Assembly (NCBI GenBank): GCA_002269645.1
Contig: NIVC01000180.1
Span: 186,001-250,000 of the forward strand
DNA length: 64,000 bases
From: Macrostomum lignano
Lineage: Eukaryota
Direction: 5' to 3'
The translations under genes were made by a program, and so were the position numbers. The notes under the pieces are model-generated. The model searched no databases. It was given only the letters and a program-made list of their open reading frames with translations, and was not told where the DNA came from. Of this stretch, positions 1-11,167 are shown piece by piece (within the stretch, counting starts at the first letter, position 1; each line of letters starts with the position of its first letter).

Positions 1-179
1 CGAGGCCAAACAAATTTCAGACATTAGTCAAGGGAGAGTTGGGCGCATTGTCACTCGGAGACCGCTACAACGCGAGGCCAAACGAATTTCAGACATTAGT
101 CAAGGGAGAGTTGGGCGCATTGTCACTCGGAGACCGCTACAACGCGAGGCCAAACAAATTTCAGACATTAGTCAAGGGA
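1..179. repeat. 72-bp tandem repeat (~2.5 copies, truncated by window start), probably intronic in the ferlin gene
   Basis: CGAGGCCAAAC recurs at 1, 73 and 145. Confidence 0.9.
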
Positions 180-329
180 AGGCAATGGACTATCTTGTTG
201 TCAATGACTACTAGAACTCGATACGAGCGTAATAACAGAGAAATCGATACTGAGTCATAGAGGAGGAGTAGCTAGAGGCCCCATCATAAACGTATTATGA
301 GCTAATTATTTTAATCCATTTGTCTTAAG

Positions 330-3022
330 CTCCTCTTCGAAACTTTACAAAGGCCGCATCATAAAGTCGAACGAGCCACTTGCCCTGAAGGCGCTGTGCA
401 GCTGGGAGTCCATCACTGGAGTACCGCTGGTCCCCGAGCACATCGAAACCCGGCCGCTGTTCACCCCGGAGAAGCCGGGCATTGAGCAGGGCCGCATCGA
501 GATGTGGGTGGACCTGTTTCCCAAGGAGCTGGGCACCCCGCCAGCCGCTGTGGACATCACTCCACGACAGCCCGTCAGCTACGAGCTCCGCGTCATCATC
601 TGGGACACCGAGGAGGTGCCGCTGAACGATACGGGCGGCCTGACGGGCGAGGCCAGCTCCGACATATTCGTCAAAGGCTGGATGAAAGGCCTCGGAATCG
701 ATGACCAAGTAACGGATGTCCACTACAGGTGAGACAAAGGGCCAAATTAGGTTAACTATACTAGCGAAAATCAAGAAGCACGTCATTTAACTGACGTCTT
801 GAGCCCGCTCTAGACCTCCCAGACATACATTTACATGTGTGTACAATTCTCTGTAAAAAAATTCTGATCTAATGGTGAAAATCGGTTGAGCCATTTTTGC
901 TACAGTCAATCGCATACCTAGATAAATACGTTCATCTTTCGTATCTGCAAAACGAGAGATTGAGTAAATTTGGATTTCTCTTGCAGGTCTCTCAACGGCG
1001 AGGGCAACTTCAACTGGCGCTTCATCTTCAAATTCGACTACCTGAAGGCCGAAGACAAGATCGTCTACCGTGTCAAGGACAGCCTGTTCGCCATCGACGA
1101 GGAGGAGAAGAAAGCCATGTGCCGGCTCAACCTGCAGGTGTGGGACGCGGACATCGTGTCCTCGGACGATTTCCTCGGCGGTTTGGAGCTGTCGCTGTCG
1201 AAGATGCCGCGCGGCGCCAAGTTGGCGAAGGCCTGCGGCACCTTCCTGCTGGACAAGGACAGCGGCGTGAAGACGTTCTCGCTGTTCCACAACAAGCGCT
1301 GCCGAGGCTGGTGGCCGTTCCTTGGCGAGGCAGACGAGGACAGCAACGAGAGAGAGCTTGCGGTGAGACAGGGCTGTCGCATGCATTCTGTGGACAAGTG
1401 GGTTTTGGAGGGCTGCGGGCACCGTGGCTCAACGCCTTTGGCGACATCTCGTCCCACAGCCAGCTCTCCCACAGCCCGTCCCACAGGAATCGCATGACAA
1501 TTCGCTGATAAATGTTTGCGTGCACACTAGCACGATGTGGCCGCGTACGGAATCGAACCAGGGGTGGTGGTCACGTTAGATCACGCATCAGACGCTCTGT
1601 CCCCCCCGGATGGTTAACTTTTCATTGAATGCGAAAATTGATTCACCATTTCTACACTTTGCATTCAGGGCAAGGTCGACGTAGAGCTGCAGCTGCTGAC
1701 CGCGGCAGAGGCGGAGGCCAACCCGGCCGGCCTCGGTCGGGAAGAGCCGCAGCCGATGCCACCGCCAAAGTGAGTCCGTCTGTCTGATTCTCTGTCACCC
1801 TATCAAGAGATAGTATCACCCTATCAAAAGTGTCCCAGAGTCGCTTTGAGTAGGTGGTGGTGCAAAAGTAACTTTGCAACAGAAACATTAAGCGAAATTT
1901 GATTGTAAAAGATTTCAAGTAAAAATCGTCAAGCTCTCGATACACGAGCTCAAATAGTCTTCTGAATCTAGAAAGATATTTTTTGCATTTGTGTCTCTAT
2001 GTGACTCAGGTACACTTTGAAACTAAAAATTTATAAATTAAAACAAAGATATTTATCCAGAAAGCTAATCTACAGAGCACGTGACTCATCAGTCATTCGG
2101 AATTTGCACCAGTCGCAGTGCCGTCCAAGCCAGTAATTGAAAGCCAGCAGACCAAAAGCAACTGCTGAAGTAACACCACAAAGTGCACGAAGCAATTATT
2201 ATAACATTAATTCAACAGCTCGCATCGCCACTGCTTATCGTTCGCAGCCGCCCAGAGACCTCCTTCCTGCGGATCCTGAATCCGCTCAAAGTTGTGAGGT
2301 TTCTTGTTTGCGTGAAGTACCGCACCCTGCTGCTCAAACTGCTGGCAGTGGCCCTGCTGGCGGCCCTGCTGGTGCTGTTTGTGTACAGCAGCCCCGGCTA
2401 TCTGGCCAAGAAGATGATCAACGTCTGAAGTCAGTCTGTGCACCCCGAGCAGGGTGCCGTACTCGGACTCTGTTGTTCCGTGTTACACATTTACTCATTC
2501 ATTCTCGTTGTTGCTTGAATCTCGATGTTGTCCTGTATTTGACCTCCTCCTCATTCTGAACTCAGCGGTCGCACAAGAAAAACAACAATATTTCCCATCC
2601 AGAAGCTTTACGTTGTGAAAGCATTCAATTTCTAGTGACTATTACATGGATCCCATTCGCTACCAGCATGTTTTTCAAGTTTGCCAGTCCACCTGGCCGT
2701 GACAGCTCCGAGGGCTGCGGCAGAACTTCAGAACTTCTGCGGCAGTAGTTTTACCTCGTGAAGCTTCAGTTTGCTGTCGTTAGTTAGCCAATTACACCTT
2801 CACGAATGCAGTCGATACTAAATGAAAAATGCGATTACTTTCAGCCGACCCGAGTCCACCTTCATGAACATGCTGAACCCGTTGAAGGCGCTGGCGCTGA
2901 TGTGGCACAGGTTCAAATGGGTGCTCCTGAAGCTGCTGATTGTCAGTCTCATTGTGGCGATACTGGCGCTCTTCATCTACTCCAGTCCCGGCTACATAGC
3001 GAAGAAGATCATCGGAGCCTGA
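330..3022 (+). CDS. OTOF: Otoferlin-like (type II) ferlin, 3' exons encoding the last C2 domains and the C-terminal TM anchor; 5' part lies outside the window
   Basis: Exons 330-728, 987-1362 and 1669-1769, then 2248-2428 or 2845-3022. All junctions are GT-AG and phase-compatible. Ferlin motifs: [75 protein letters not shown], PGYxAKK. OTOF versus FER1L6-type orthology is not resolved. Confidence 0.88.
1538..1610 (-). mobile_element. tRNA-derived fragment (SINE head or tRNA pseudogene) in a ferlin intron
   Basis: Minus strand reads ACAGAGCGTCTGATGCGTGATC...CCTGGTTCGATTCCG...GGCCA. It has a B-box (GGTTCGATTCC) and a D-arm/anticodon-like segment but no complete cloverleaf. Confidence 0.45.
2248..2428 (+). 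CDS. Ferlin alternative terminal exon A (TM anchor, ends ...[14 protein letters not shown])
   Basis: TTCGCAG acceptor. Phase 2 joins AA|C CGC CCA (N-R-P-E-T-S-F). Hydrophobic TM segment, then stop. Confidence 0.85.
2845..3022 (+). CDS. Ferlin alternative terminal exon B (TM anchor, ends ...[14 protein letters not shown])
   Basis: TTTCAG acceptor. Same phase 2 join (N-R-P-E-S-T-F). Paralogous to exon A. ATTAAA at 3081. Confidence 0.85.
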
Positions 3023-3467
3023 TGATAGCCAGCACCTTTTCAGCGCCATTTCTATTCTATATTTAAAAGTAAACTCAGCAATTAAACTTCAACTTTCGTG
3101 TTCCACTCAGTTTTGCGCCTGGGAGCGGTCCCAATGGGATTTCTGCCGCGCCCGATCTTCCTGCCCATGTTTTTTTCTATTCCAACCCCGCATGGATAAC
3201 GCTTTAAACTCGTGTCTCGAGCATCTCACCAATGTTTTGTGAATTTGTTAATTTGCCTTCCCTGAGCTCCCGCCGGTGAGAAAAGTTACAGAAGCCTATT
3301 AAAATGTACTTAAATCTCAGTTGAAATCTCAGCAAATTTACTGCAGACTGCTTGTTGCTGTACACTGCCACATCTTTGGTGGGGGCTTTTATCATGAAAA
3401 TGTTTTTTTCTGTAAACCACGTCCTGCTTGCTTGATAAGATGCTACATGTGAAACCTAGCCTAACAT

Positions 3468-3672
3468 CCCCGCAGGCCCCAGCATCAGGGAAGCCCTACA
3501 ACCCCGCAGACCCCACAACCCCGCAGACCCCACCATCCCGCATAATCACAACCCCCGCAGATCCCACCACCCCGCAGATCCACCACCCCCCAGACCCCAC
3601 CACCCCGCAGACCCCACCACCCCGCAAACCCCACCACACCCGCAGACCCCACCACCCGCAGACCCATCACCC
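3468..3672. repeat. C-rich degenerate minisatellite, unit ~17-18 bp (CCCCGCAGACCCCACCA)
   Basis: Repeated CCCCGCAGACCCCAC motif read directly from the sequence. Confidence 0.85.
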
Positions 3673-4241
3673 CATAGATGTCGTCACTCCAGCACGGACA
3701 GAGATGGACAGCGACAGCAAGACAGAAAGAATCCTCTGTAGATTTTCCGACAGAATCTCTATATTTACATTTTAACTTTCTGGTTAATTGTTTCCTTTTC
3801 CACTGTCAATTTTCCTATGCGATTCCGAGCATTGATCTCATGATATCATTCACTTGCTGTCATCACAGTATTGCTGAGCATTTTCGCTGGTTATTTCTGC
3901 TTCAAAGAGAATATTTTAAATTTTCTTCAAATACAATTTACATGTAAGCAGTTACATTGCTGTACAGGGTAAATAAAATCGAGAACACATCGCTTCTAAA
4001 AATGTGCAAAATTTACTTTTCAACTTTTACACAGGGCAGGTCATGTTTGAGTGCATAGAAGCTAAACTCTTTAAAAGCGTTCAAATTTACATGTTTAAAT
4101 GTAAAAAATATGAGATTCCTGTGAAGTTAATTCAGCATATTAGAAAAATGCCAGCCAATTTCAAAACTGTAATTTATAGAATGCTGAACGAACATAGTCA
4201 GGAAGTGCTTTCATTTGCAAAAGGCCCCCAGATCAACCCGT

Positions 4242-5333
4242 CTAGAGCCCGTTCGATCGACGTCCGCCTCCAGTTCGAGTCGGCGCTCTGCGGCCTCGGC
4301 GCCCCATCGCTGCGGCCTCCGCCTCTGCCGCCTCCCTGGCCGCCGCAGCCGCTGCCGCCGCCTCGGCCGCCGCGGCCGCCGCACCGGCCGCCACGCCGCG
4401 CCGGTAGCTGGGGAAATGCTGCTCGCTCCACAGGTCCAGCGCCGAGTGCAGCAGCTGCTGCGACGTCCGGCAGCCGCCTCCGCCGATGGCTTTGACCAGG
4501 ATTTCTGCGTACGTCTCGCCGCGGTTCAGCGGCAGAATCGGCGGCAGAATCGGCGGCTTTGCGGCCTCTGGCGCCGTCTGAGGCGGCAAATTTGAGAACC
4601 GAAGCTTTGCTGCTGCGTCCCTGCGCTGGCGCCCCGCTGCCTGCTGCTGCCGCGCTCGCCTCCGCTCCGCGCGTTCCACTTCCGCTTCGTCGAGTCGCTG
4701 TCTCTGCCGGAGCAGCTCGGCGATCTCAGCCAGCCCCAGGCGCCTGGCCAGCATGTAGGGCGTCAGGCCCTGACTGTTGAGGTGCTCAACCGAAGCTCGC
4801 TGGCGCAGCATTGCCCGGAGCAGCACGCCGACAGTCTGAGGGCAGCCCGAGGCCACGGCCAGATGCAGGCAGGTCTGGCCCTGCGAGTCTCTCCGGCGCC
4901 AGTCCGTCTGACTTGACGCTCCGGACGCCGCGGACAGTCGGAGGACCTTCTCCAGCTCCGCTGGTCGCCCGAGAGCCGCCGCCCAGCTGATGAGGTCGCG
5001 ATCGAGCGCCGAGTCCCGGCCTGCCAGACCAGCGCCGTTGTCCAGCAGCAGGTCGAAGGTTCTCGACCTCGCCGCCTGGTCGTCCGCCAGCAGCGCCATC
5101 ATCAGTGGAGTCCGGCCGTCGTCTGGGTGCTGGAAGCCGCGCGGCGGGCCGGTGAGTCGCAGGAGATGCCCGACATCGGCGTGACGGCCCTGCGCTGCGG
5201 CCAGGAACAGCTCGCGAAGTCCCTGGGCTGCCACCGGCTGAGGAATATGCGCCGGCGCTATGGACAGCGTGTGACGCTGGCGCACCGCATGCTGCTGGTT
5301 GCCATGGGGAATCTGCGATGCAGCAGCCTTCAT
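4242..5333 (-). CDS. Ankyrin-repeat protein (~4-5 ANK repeats, then a coiled/low-complexity C-terminus), 363 aa, apparently single exon
   Basis: ATG at 5333. ANK-like segments GRTPLMMAL, DSQGQTCLHLAVASG and NSQGLTPYMLARRLG. GC-rich coding composition. Confidence 0.8.
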   Translation of the reverse strand: MKAAASQIPHGNQQHAVRQRHTLSIAPAHIPQPVAAQGLRELFLAAAQGRHADVGHLLRLTGPPRGFQHPDDGRTPLMMALLADDQAARSRTFDLLLDNGAGLAGRDSALDRDLISWAAALGRPAELEKVLRLSAASGASSQTDWRRRDSQGQTCLHLAVASGCPQTVGVLLRAMLRQRASVEHLNSQGLTPYMLARRLGLAEIAELLRQRQRLDEAEVERAERRRARQQQAAGRQRRDAAAKLRFSNLPPQTAPEAAKPPILPPILPLNRGETYAEILVKAIGGGGCRTSQQLLHSALDLWSEQHFPSYRRGVAAGAAAAAAEAAAAAAAAREAAEAEAAAMGRRGRRAPTRTGGGRRSNGL

Positions 5334-5890
5334 GGATTGGCAGTTTTGACTACTGCAGATAATTGTTTAGATATTCGATAGCGGCTTTTACAATTTAAAG
5401 TTAGGACGCTCACAGAATGCGTGCGGCTGCAGTCCGGCCTTTTACCCTCCTAAAAGATGATTTTTATTGAATAAGCGCTCTAAGCCAAACCAGTCCGCTC
5501 CCTCACTTTGTTGCTAGGCGCCAGACCCATTGGGTTAAATTTCCACAGCCCAGTGCGCAACCTCCTCACGCGATGCCGGCTACGCGTTACGAGCTGAAGC
5601 CGCATTGTCCTCGGCCCATTGTGATGCCCCACTCAGCTGCAGCCCAGCCTCCCACTTGGGTTTCTCTGCCTCCCGCTAGGCAGCTCTCGCGTGGGTGGAG
5701 CGCTTCAGGGAGAGGGGAAGACGGGAGAGAGAAACAGGATGCAATGTACGCAGGGGTTTCTGTTAATGCCTGAATACGGATGCTTGCTGCTATAGTCTGC
5801 CATTCTGACTAGCAAGCAAAATTCTGCTGCGCCCTATCTGTTTCTTAGAGAATGGGTTGCTGCCCCATGAGAAATCCGTGATTCTTGAGT

Positions 5891-6077
5891 GACTGACTCA
5901 CCCACTCACCCACCCACTCACTCACTCACTAACTCACTCACTCACTCACTCACTCACTCACTCACTCACTCACTCACTCACTCACTCACTCACTCACTCA
6001 CTCACTCACTCACTCACTCACTCACTCACTCACTCACTCACTCACTCACTCACTCACTCACTCACTCACTCACTCAC
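5891..6077. repeat. (CACT)n tetranucleotide microsatellite
   Basis: Nearly pure CACT run. Confidence 0.97.
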
Positions 6078-6562
6078 TTCGGAAATAGACTCACATAAAT
6101 CCGCCTAAAACGTGAACAGTTTGTGCGCAGATCAAAGGCAATAAGTCTTGCACTCCCTGGCACATTCATTGAATCGGGGGCACTGCATTTCAATAGCAAG
6201 CATTGCTTTTGTGAAGTGCGGCTCCGCTGCAGGTGCAGTCGCTTAAAAATGGAGACATGGCCTCAAATGGCAGCGAGAGATCGCAAAGTGATAAATCTTT
6301 CACGGGGAATAAAAAACCAGCAACAGGTGCGTCTGGTTGCGCTTGGTAAATGACTTATAGCTGCGCAGGGGAGCACGGGTAGTTGAGTCCAAATTCGAGG
6401 CATCTGAAATAAGTTTATTGAAATCCTACCGCAGCGAAGTGAATATATATTGAAATAGACCCGAGGCCCGTGCTCCCAAACTTACTGGGGCCGCTGGTAA
6501 AGAATATTTTACTTACTGGGTTTCCTATTCTGTACCCGTTGTTTGCGACGGAGGGCTTGCAG

Positions 6563-9500
6563 ATGAGCTTGATTCAGTGCCGCTTGCAGCTGCTCATGCT
6601 GCTGCTGCTGTGGGCGTCCCAAGCGGTTGGGAAGCATGCCAGCTCCAGGACTCGAGTCCCGAACTACATTCGCAACATTTTTCCGGGACCGGATCCGCAC
6701 TTCAGAGTGGCGCCCAGCGACCAGAAAGTGACGGCCGGGGACAAGTTTGCTCGCTTCCACTGCGTCCCGGCGGGTGCCCAGAAGCTGCACGTGATCTGGC
6801 GGATTCTGAGTGAGTTCACAGAATTCGGATTCCTGCATTCACTTTCAAATGAATGATAAATTTGGCGGCATGAATCAAGCGAGCCCGATATCACCTTCTG
6901 TCGACGGAACAACTAGGTCCCGACGGAGAAGTTGTTGTTGGCGATCGTCACCGCGTGTCGAAAGACGGCACCCGGCTGACTATTTTCGACCCGATGGAGT
7001 TTCACGACGGCTTCGAGATCCAGTGCTATCTGAACACGCCGTTCGCTAAGCGGCCTCTGGTAGCTTCCGCCAAACTGTTTGTGCGACGGCCTCGTAAGTC
7101 AATTTGGAAAAAAAGTGCAATCAACGAATACGCTCGCACATAAGATCATTGGCAATAAACTCAATTTTCTTTCTCAGAACCTCCTGAGATTGTCGAGTCT
7201 CCCAGATCCGGAAAGCACAAGCGGGGCTCCCGGGTCGTTCTGGAGTGCGCTGCCCAGGGCTGGCCTCTGCCGAGAATCGGTTGGGTGAGTCGGGCTATGA
7301 CCTTCATTTAGTGGATGTTTCTGTTTAGGGTTAGGGCTACGCGTTATCCACTGAACGTAGGATGTTACAGCCCATGTACGTTTAGTGCTTGTGGATAGCT
7401 ATAATGACGCTGCAGGCACCCCAACCAGAGAATTTATTCGACTGCCAGCTTGCTGATGGCGTCGCCGAGGACATAGTGGGCGTGGCCTAGGTTTGCACCC
7501 AGGCCCGGAAGGCGGCCTATAGCGCTGCTCTCGTTAAAAACTAGCAGACTGTATTTTTGTAGGTGGTGTTAACTTGACTTTTAAAGCTCAAAGAGTTTCC
7601 TTTTTTGAAGAAACAAACAGGGACGCATAGCAGTATTCTAAAATATTGAAATATATATCTATGAAATTGCTGTAAAATTACGAGTATAGAGAACTATAGA
7701 TTATAAAAAAGGTTGAGTTCGGTTATCAAATCAGTTTCCGCGATGGACAAGTCTTCAATCAAACTGCTGGCCTTGCCGACCACCTTGCAGATATTCGAGT
7801 CGAGACGGTTCAAAATCCGTCGATTCTTCGACGCCAACAAAGACTATCGGGACTACATCAAGGAGCCGAACCGACTCATCATTGTCAACATGAGCCCCGA
7901 GTCTGAGGGCACGTACACGTGCATAGCCTACAGTAGGTACGACCACTCCAAGATCAAAGCTTACGTCGGCTACGATCGTAGAAGTGAGTTAATCAGTTGT
8001 ACTTGTTTCTTTCAACAGCTTTCTCTAACACTGTGGAGTTGCATCGGTTCGTTCGTATGTGATACAATAGTTTTTGGTAGCAAGTTGATAGCTAGGGCCT
8101 CACTTGGGTCGACTGTAATGCTCGTAAGTTGTCAATTTTCAGTCTGGAACTGAATATTGGTATCCTGTCGAATAGAATGTCTCAGTCGTTACTACAGTTC
8201 CTAATTTCAGTAGCCCTTGCCGGCCTGCAGTCTGAAAATTATGTTTCATTGAGAACGCAATCGATACACCACCAGGAGTCCGCCGGCCTAACGTCCGCAA
8301 GATCGTGCAAACTCTGCGCGGCGTCTACCGCCACTACCGCAATTACGCGCGCGATGCCGAGCAAAAGCTCGGCCGCAAGGCCACCTGCAACATGGAGGTG
8401 TTGAACCAGTTCGGCTGGCTACCCCGTCCTAGCCGTCGCATGGACCGTATGACTCTGACTTATGACTACCTTCTGGCCATCCTGGAGCGGCATCGAGTTC
8501 ACCCGAACAGTGTCAAAAGTCTTCCCGGTGAAGCTCTGAACATCGACGTGCCCCTGCTGCAGTACATCAAGTCCAAACTGAACTGCTCGAGCTCGGCTGT
8601 CCCGGCCCCTGATTGCAAACGCTATCCCGAGTTCCTGTCCAAGTATTCAGCACCCGACGGTAGTTGCAATAATCTTAAGCGACCGACCTGGGGCCAGGCG
8701 GGTCGCGGATTTCAGCGTTTCCTGCAAAGCCAATACGAACTGGGAATTAATCTGCCCCAAGGTGACAGTCACACCTGTATTTACTCATAATTAGCAAAGT
8801 TTGAACGAATCATTTTCATAAATATATTACGGCATTGGCATTGCAGGGTACCAGAAGCATCGCAGATACGGCGGGTTCCGTAAGCCATCGGCACGCAAGG
8901 TATCTCTGCACGCGCTGCGCAAGAAGCATTACCCAGTGGACAAGGCCATCAGCCAGGTATTCAACTACTTCGGCCAGTTTTTGGATCACGACATTGATCT
9001 GACTCCTGGCGCCTCTACGGATCGTGGACTAGTGCACAACTCCGACTGCAATAAGCACTGCCGGGTGGACCTACCATGCTTTCCCATTCCAGCGCCACGA
9101 GGTACCCAGACCACTACTCATTATTGCACCAGCTGTTGTTGTGTCGCTATGGACTAATTAATAGCTGATTTGCTTCTAGCAACTTAATTTTTTAAAGGCA
9201 ATAATCAAGAGCAAGTGTTTCCATTTAAAGTGTATTGGTCCGAAAATATCATCCCTCAGACGACCCACGCATGAAGGGCTGCATAACCTTCAAACGGTCG
9301 GCCGCCTTCTGCTCCAGCGGCGAGTTCAGCAAGCACGAAAAGTGCATCCGCCCTCGCGAACAGATCAACCAGATCACTAGCTTTATCGATGGTAGCGCCA
9401 TCTACGGCAGCAATTGCGAAGTACTCAACTTACTGCGCGATTTGAACTCACCTTCAGGGTTTTTGAAAACTAGCCGGCCAGCTCCAGGCCAGATGCTCGA

Positions 9501-11167
9501 TCTGCTACCCATCAGCGTCAACGGCGTTCCCACCGCCTGCGGCCGTAACCGGGACTCGCCTAATGCCAAATGCTTTAGCGCCGGCGATGCTCGAGCGAAC
9601 GAGTTTGTTCTGCTGACTGTGTATCACACAATGTTTGTGCGGGAGCACAACCGTATTGGACACGTTCTGCACTCGCTCAACCCGCACTGGTGCGGGGACA
9701 AAGTGTTTTACGAGACTAGGCGGATCATGAGTGCGCTAACACAGCAGATCACATACAACGAGTACCTGCCAGTGCTTATTGGCGTGACAGGAATGAGAGA
9801 AATCGTGAAGCCTTACAAAGGCTACCGCTCGGACGTGAACCCCAACATTGCCAACTGCTTCGCCACCACTGTGTTCCGCATCGGCCATACCATGATATCC
9901 GACTTTTTTGCTCTGTTGGATAAAAAGTACCACCTGGAGCAGGTAGTGCAGCTTGAGCATGGCCTCTTTGCTCCACACATAATATCAGCTAAGGGCATCG
10001 ACTCGCTGGTTCGCGGTGCCATCACTGTGGCCATGAAGAGCCGCTCCAAGGGCCCTGCGTCGATGTCACGAGGCACTGTGGACCGCTTGTTTGAGCTCAC
10101 CAGCAAAGTCGCCTCCGATCTTGCCGCGTTAAACATCCAACGCGGTCGCGACCACGGCCTGCCGTCCTACAACTACTGGAGACAGCTGTGCGGCCTCTCC
10201 TGGGCCACTAAGTGGGACGACTTGGCGGGCGAGATTAGCAGCCCGGAGGCGCTTCGCAAGCTTGAAGAAGTTTACGGATCCCCGCGTAAGTCAAAGATTT
10301 TTCTGCGATCCTTCTGATTTCGATAAAGCGATTTTTAGATCATGTTCCTGACGCCATGATGTTAATCTTTTTTCACAGTAAACGTTGACCTATTTCCGGC
10401 GATCGTGCTGGAAGACCGAGTGGATGATTCGTTGGTCGGTCCAACAGCTCGCTGCGTTCTGGCCTTGCAGTTCCGGGCTCTGCGCGATGGAGACAGGTTC
10501 CAAAGAATTATAAGCAATTCTAATTATTTTACAGATATTTTCTGTTCGTTCTCTGCTTTCTGAAAAGCATCCTCAAATTTCAGATTTTGGTATGAAAATC
10601 CGGGTCAGTTTACGCCGACCCAGCTGCAGGAGATTCGGCGGTACACTCTTTCGAGACTGATCTGCAACACGGTTGAGACAATCAACGAGATCCAGCCGCA
10701 GGCTTTCTACACTCCGCGGCACAAAGCGGACCTCGTGCCCTGCTCCGAGCTGCCGGACATTGATCTCAGCGCTTGGAAGGGTCAGTTATTTATCAATTCA
10801 CTAGACTTAACAGAATGTATTGCAAAGAGCCTCGCACGATTGCATTCACTGTTTTAAAGACAGTGAAAGTTTTTGACAGTGAAAGTTTAACTGTTTCTGT
10901 ATATATTGCTACCTAACAAGCTAAATTTCTGTTAAACAAGGCAGCTAATAATTGTTGCTATAAATCACAAGCACACTCGTCAATCATTTGGCTACGGTTG
11001 AGCCAGGGTGGTTGCACATCCGTCCGGAAGCAGGCAAAAGCTACCTATTGCTGTCGAACTCACTTATTTTAGATTTCGACAGGCGCAAGAAGTGCATGCC
11101 GAGGAACCCTTGCAGCGGTGCCAGGGGAGAATCGGAGGCTGCGGATGGCAGTCAAGTCAACTATTAA
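6563..11167 (+). CDS. Secreted heme peroxidase, peroxidasin-like: signal peptide, 2 Ig domains and an animal peroxidase domain (~966 aa)
   Basis: Exons 6563-6809, 6917-7093, 7178-7284, 7791-7983, 8276-8761, 8847-9101, 9260-10285, 10379-10496, 10584-10780, 11073-11167 (2901 nt, in frame, all GT-AG). Motifs: DGSCNNL, GQFLDHD (distal), [13 protein letters not shown] (proximal His), [22 protein letters not shown]. Ig C...W...GTYTC pattern. Confidence 0.88.

Noticed and set aside
325-1525. Antisense and alternate-frame ORFs over ferlin, and similar ones over the peroxidase, receptor, ADSL and LCMT2 exons
   Set aside because: Shadow ORFs expected from GC-rich coding sequence; the recognisable protein is in another frame or on the other strand.
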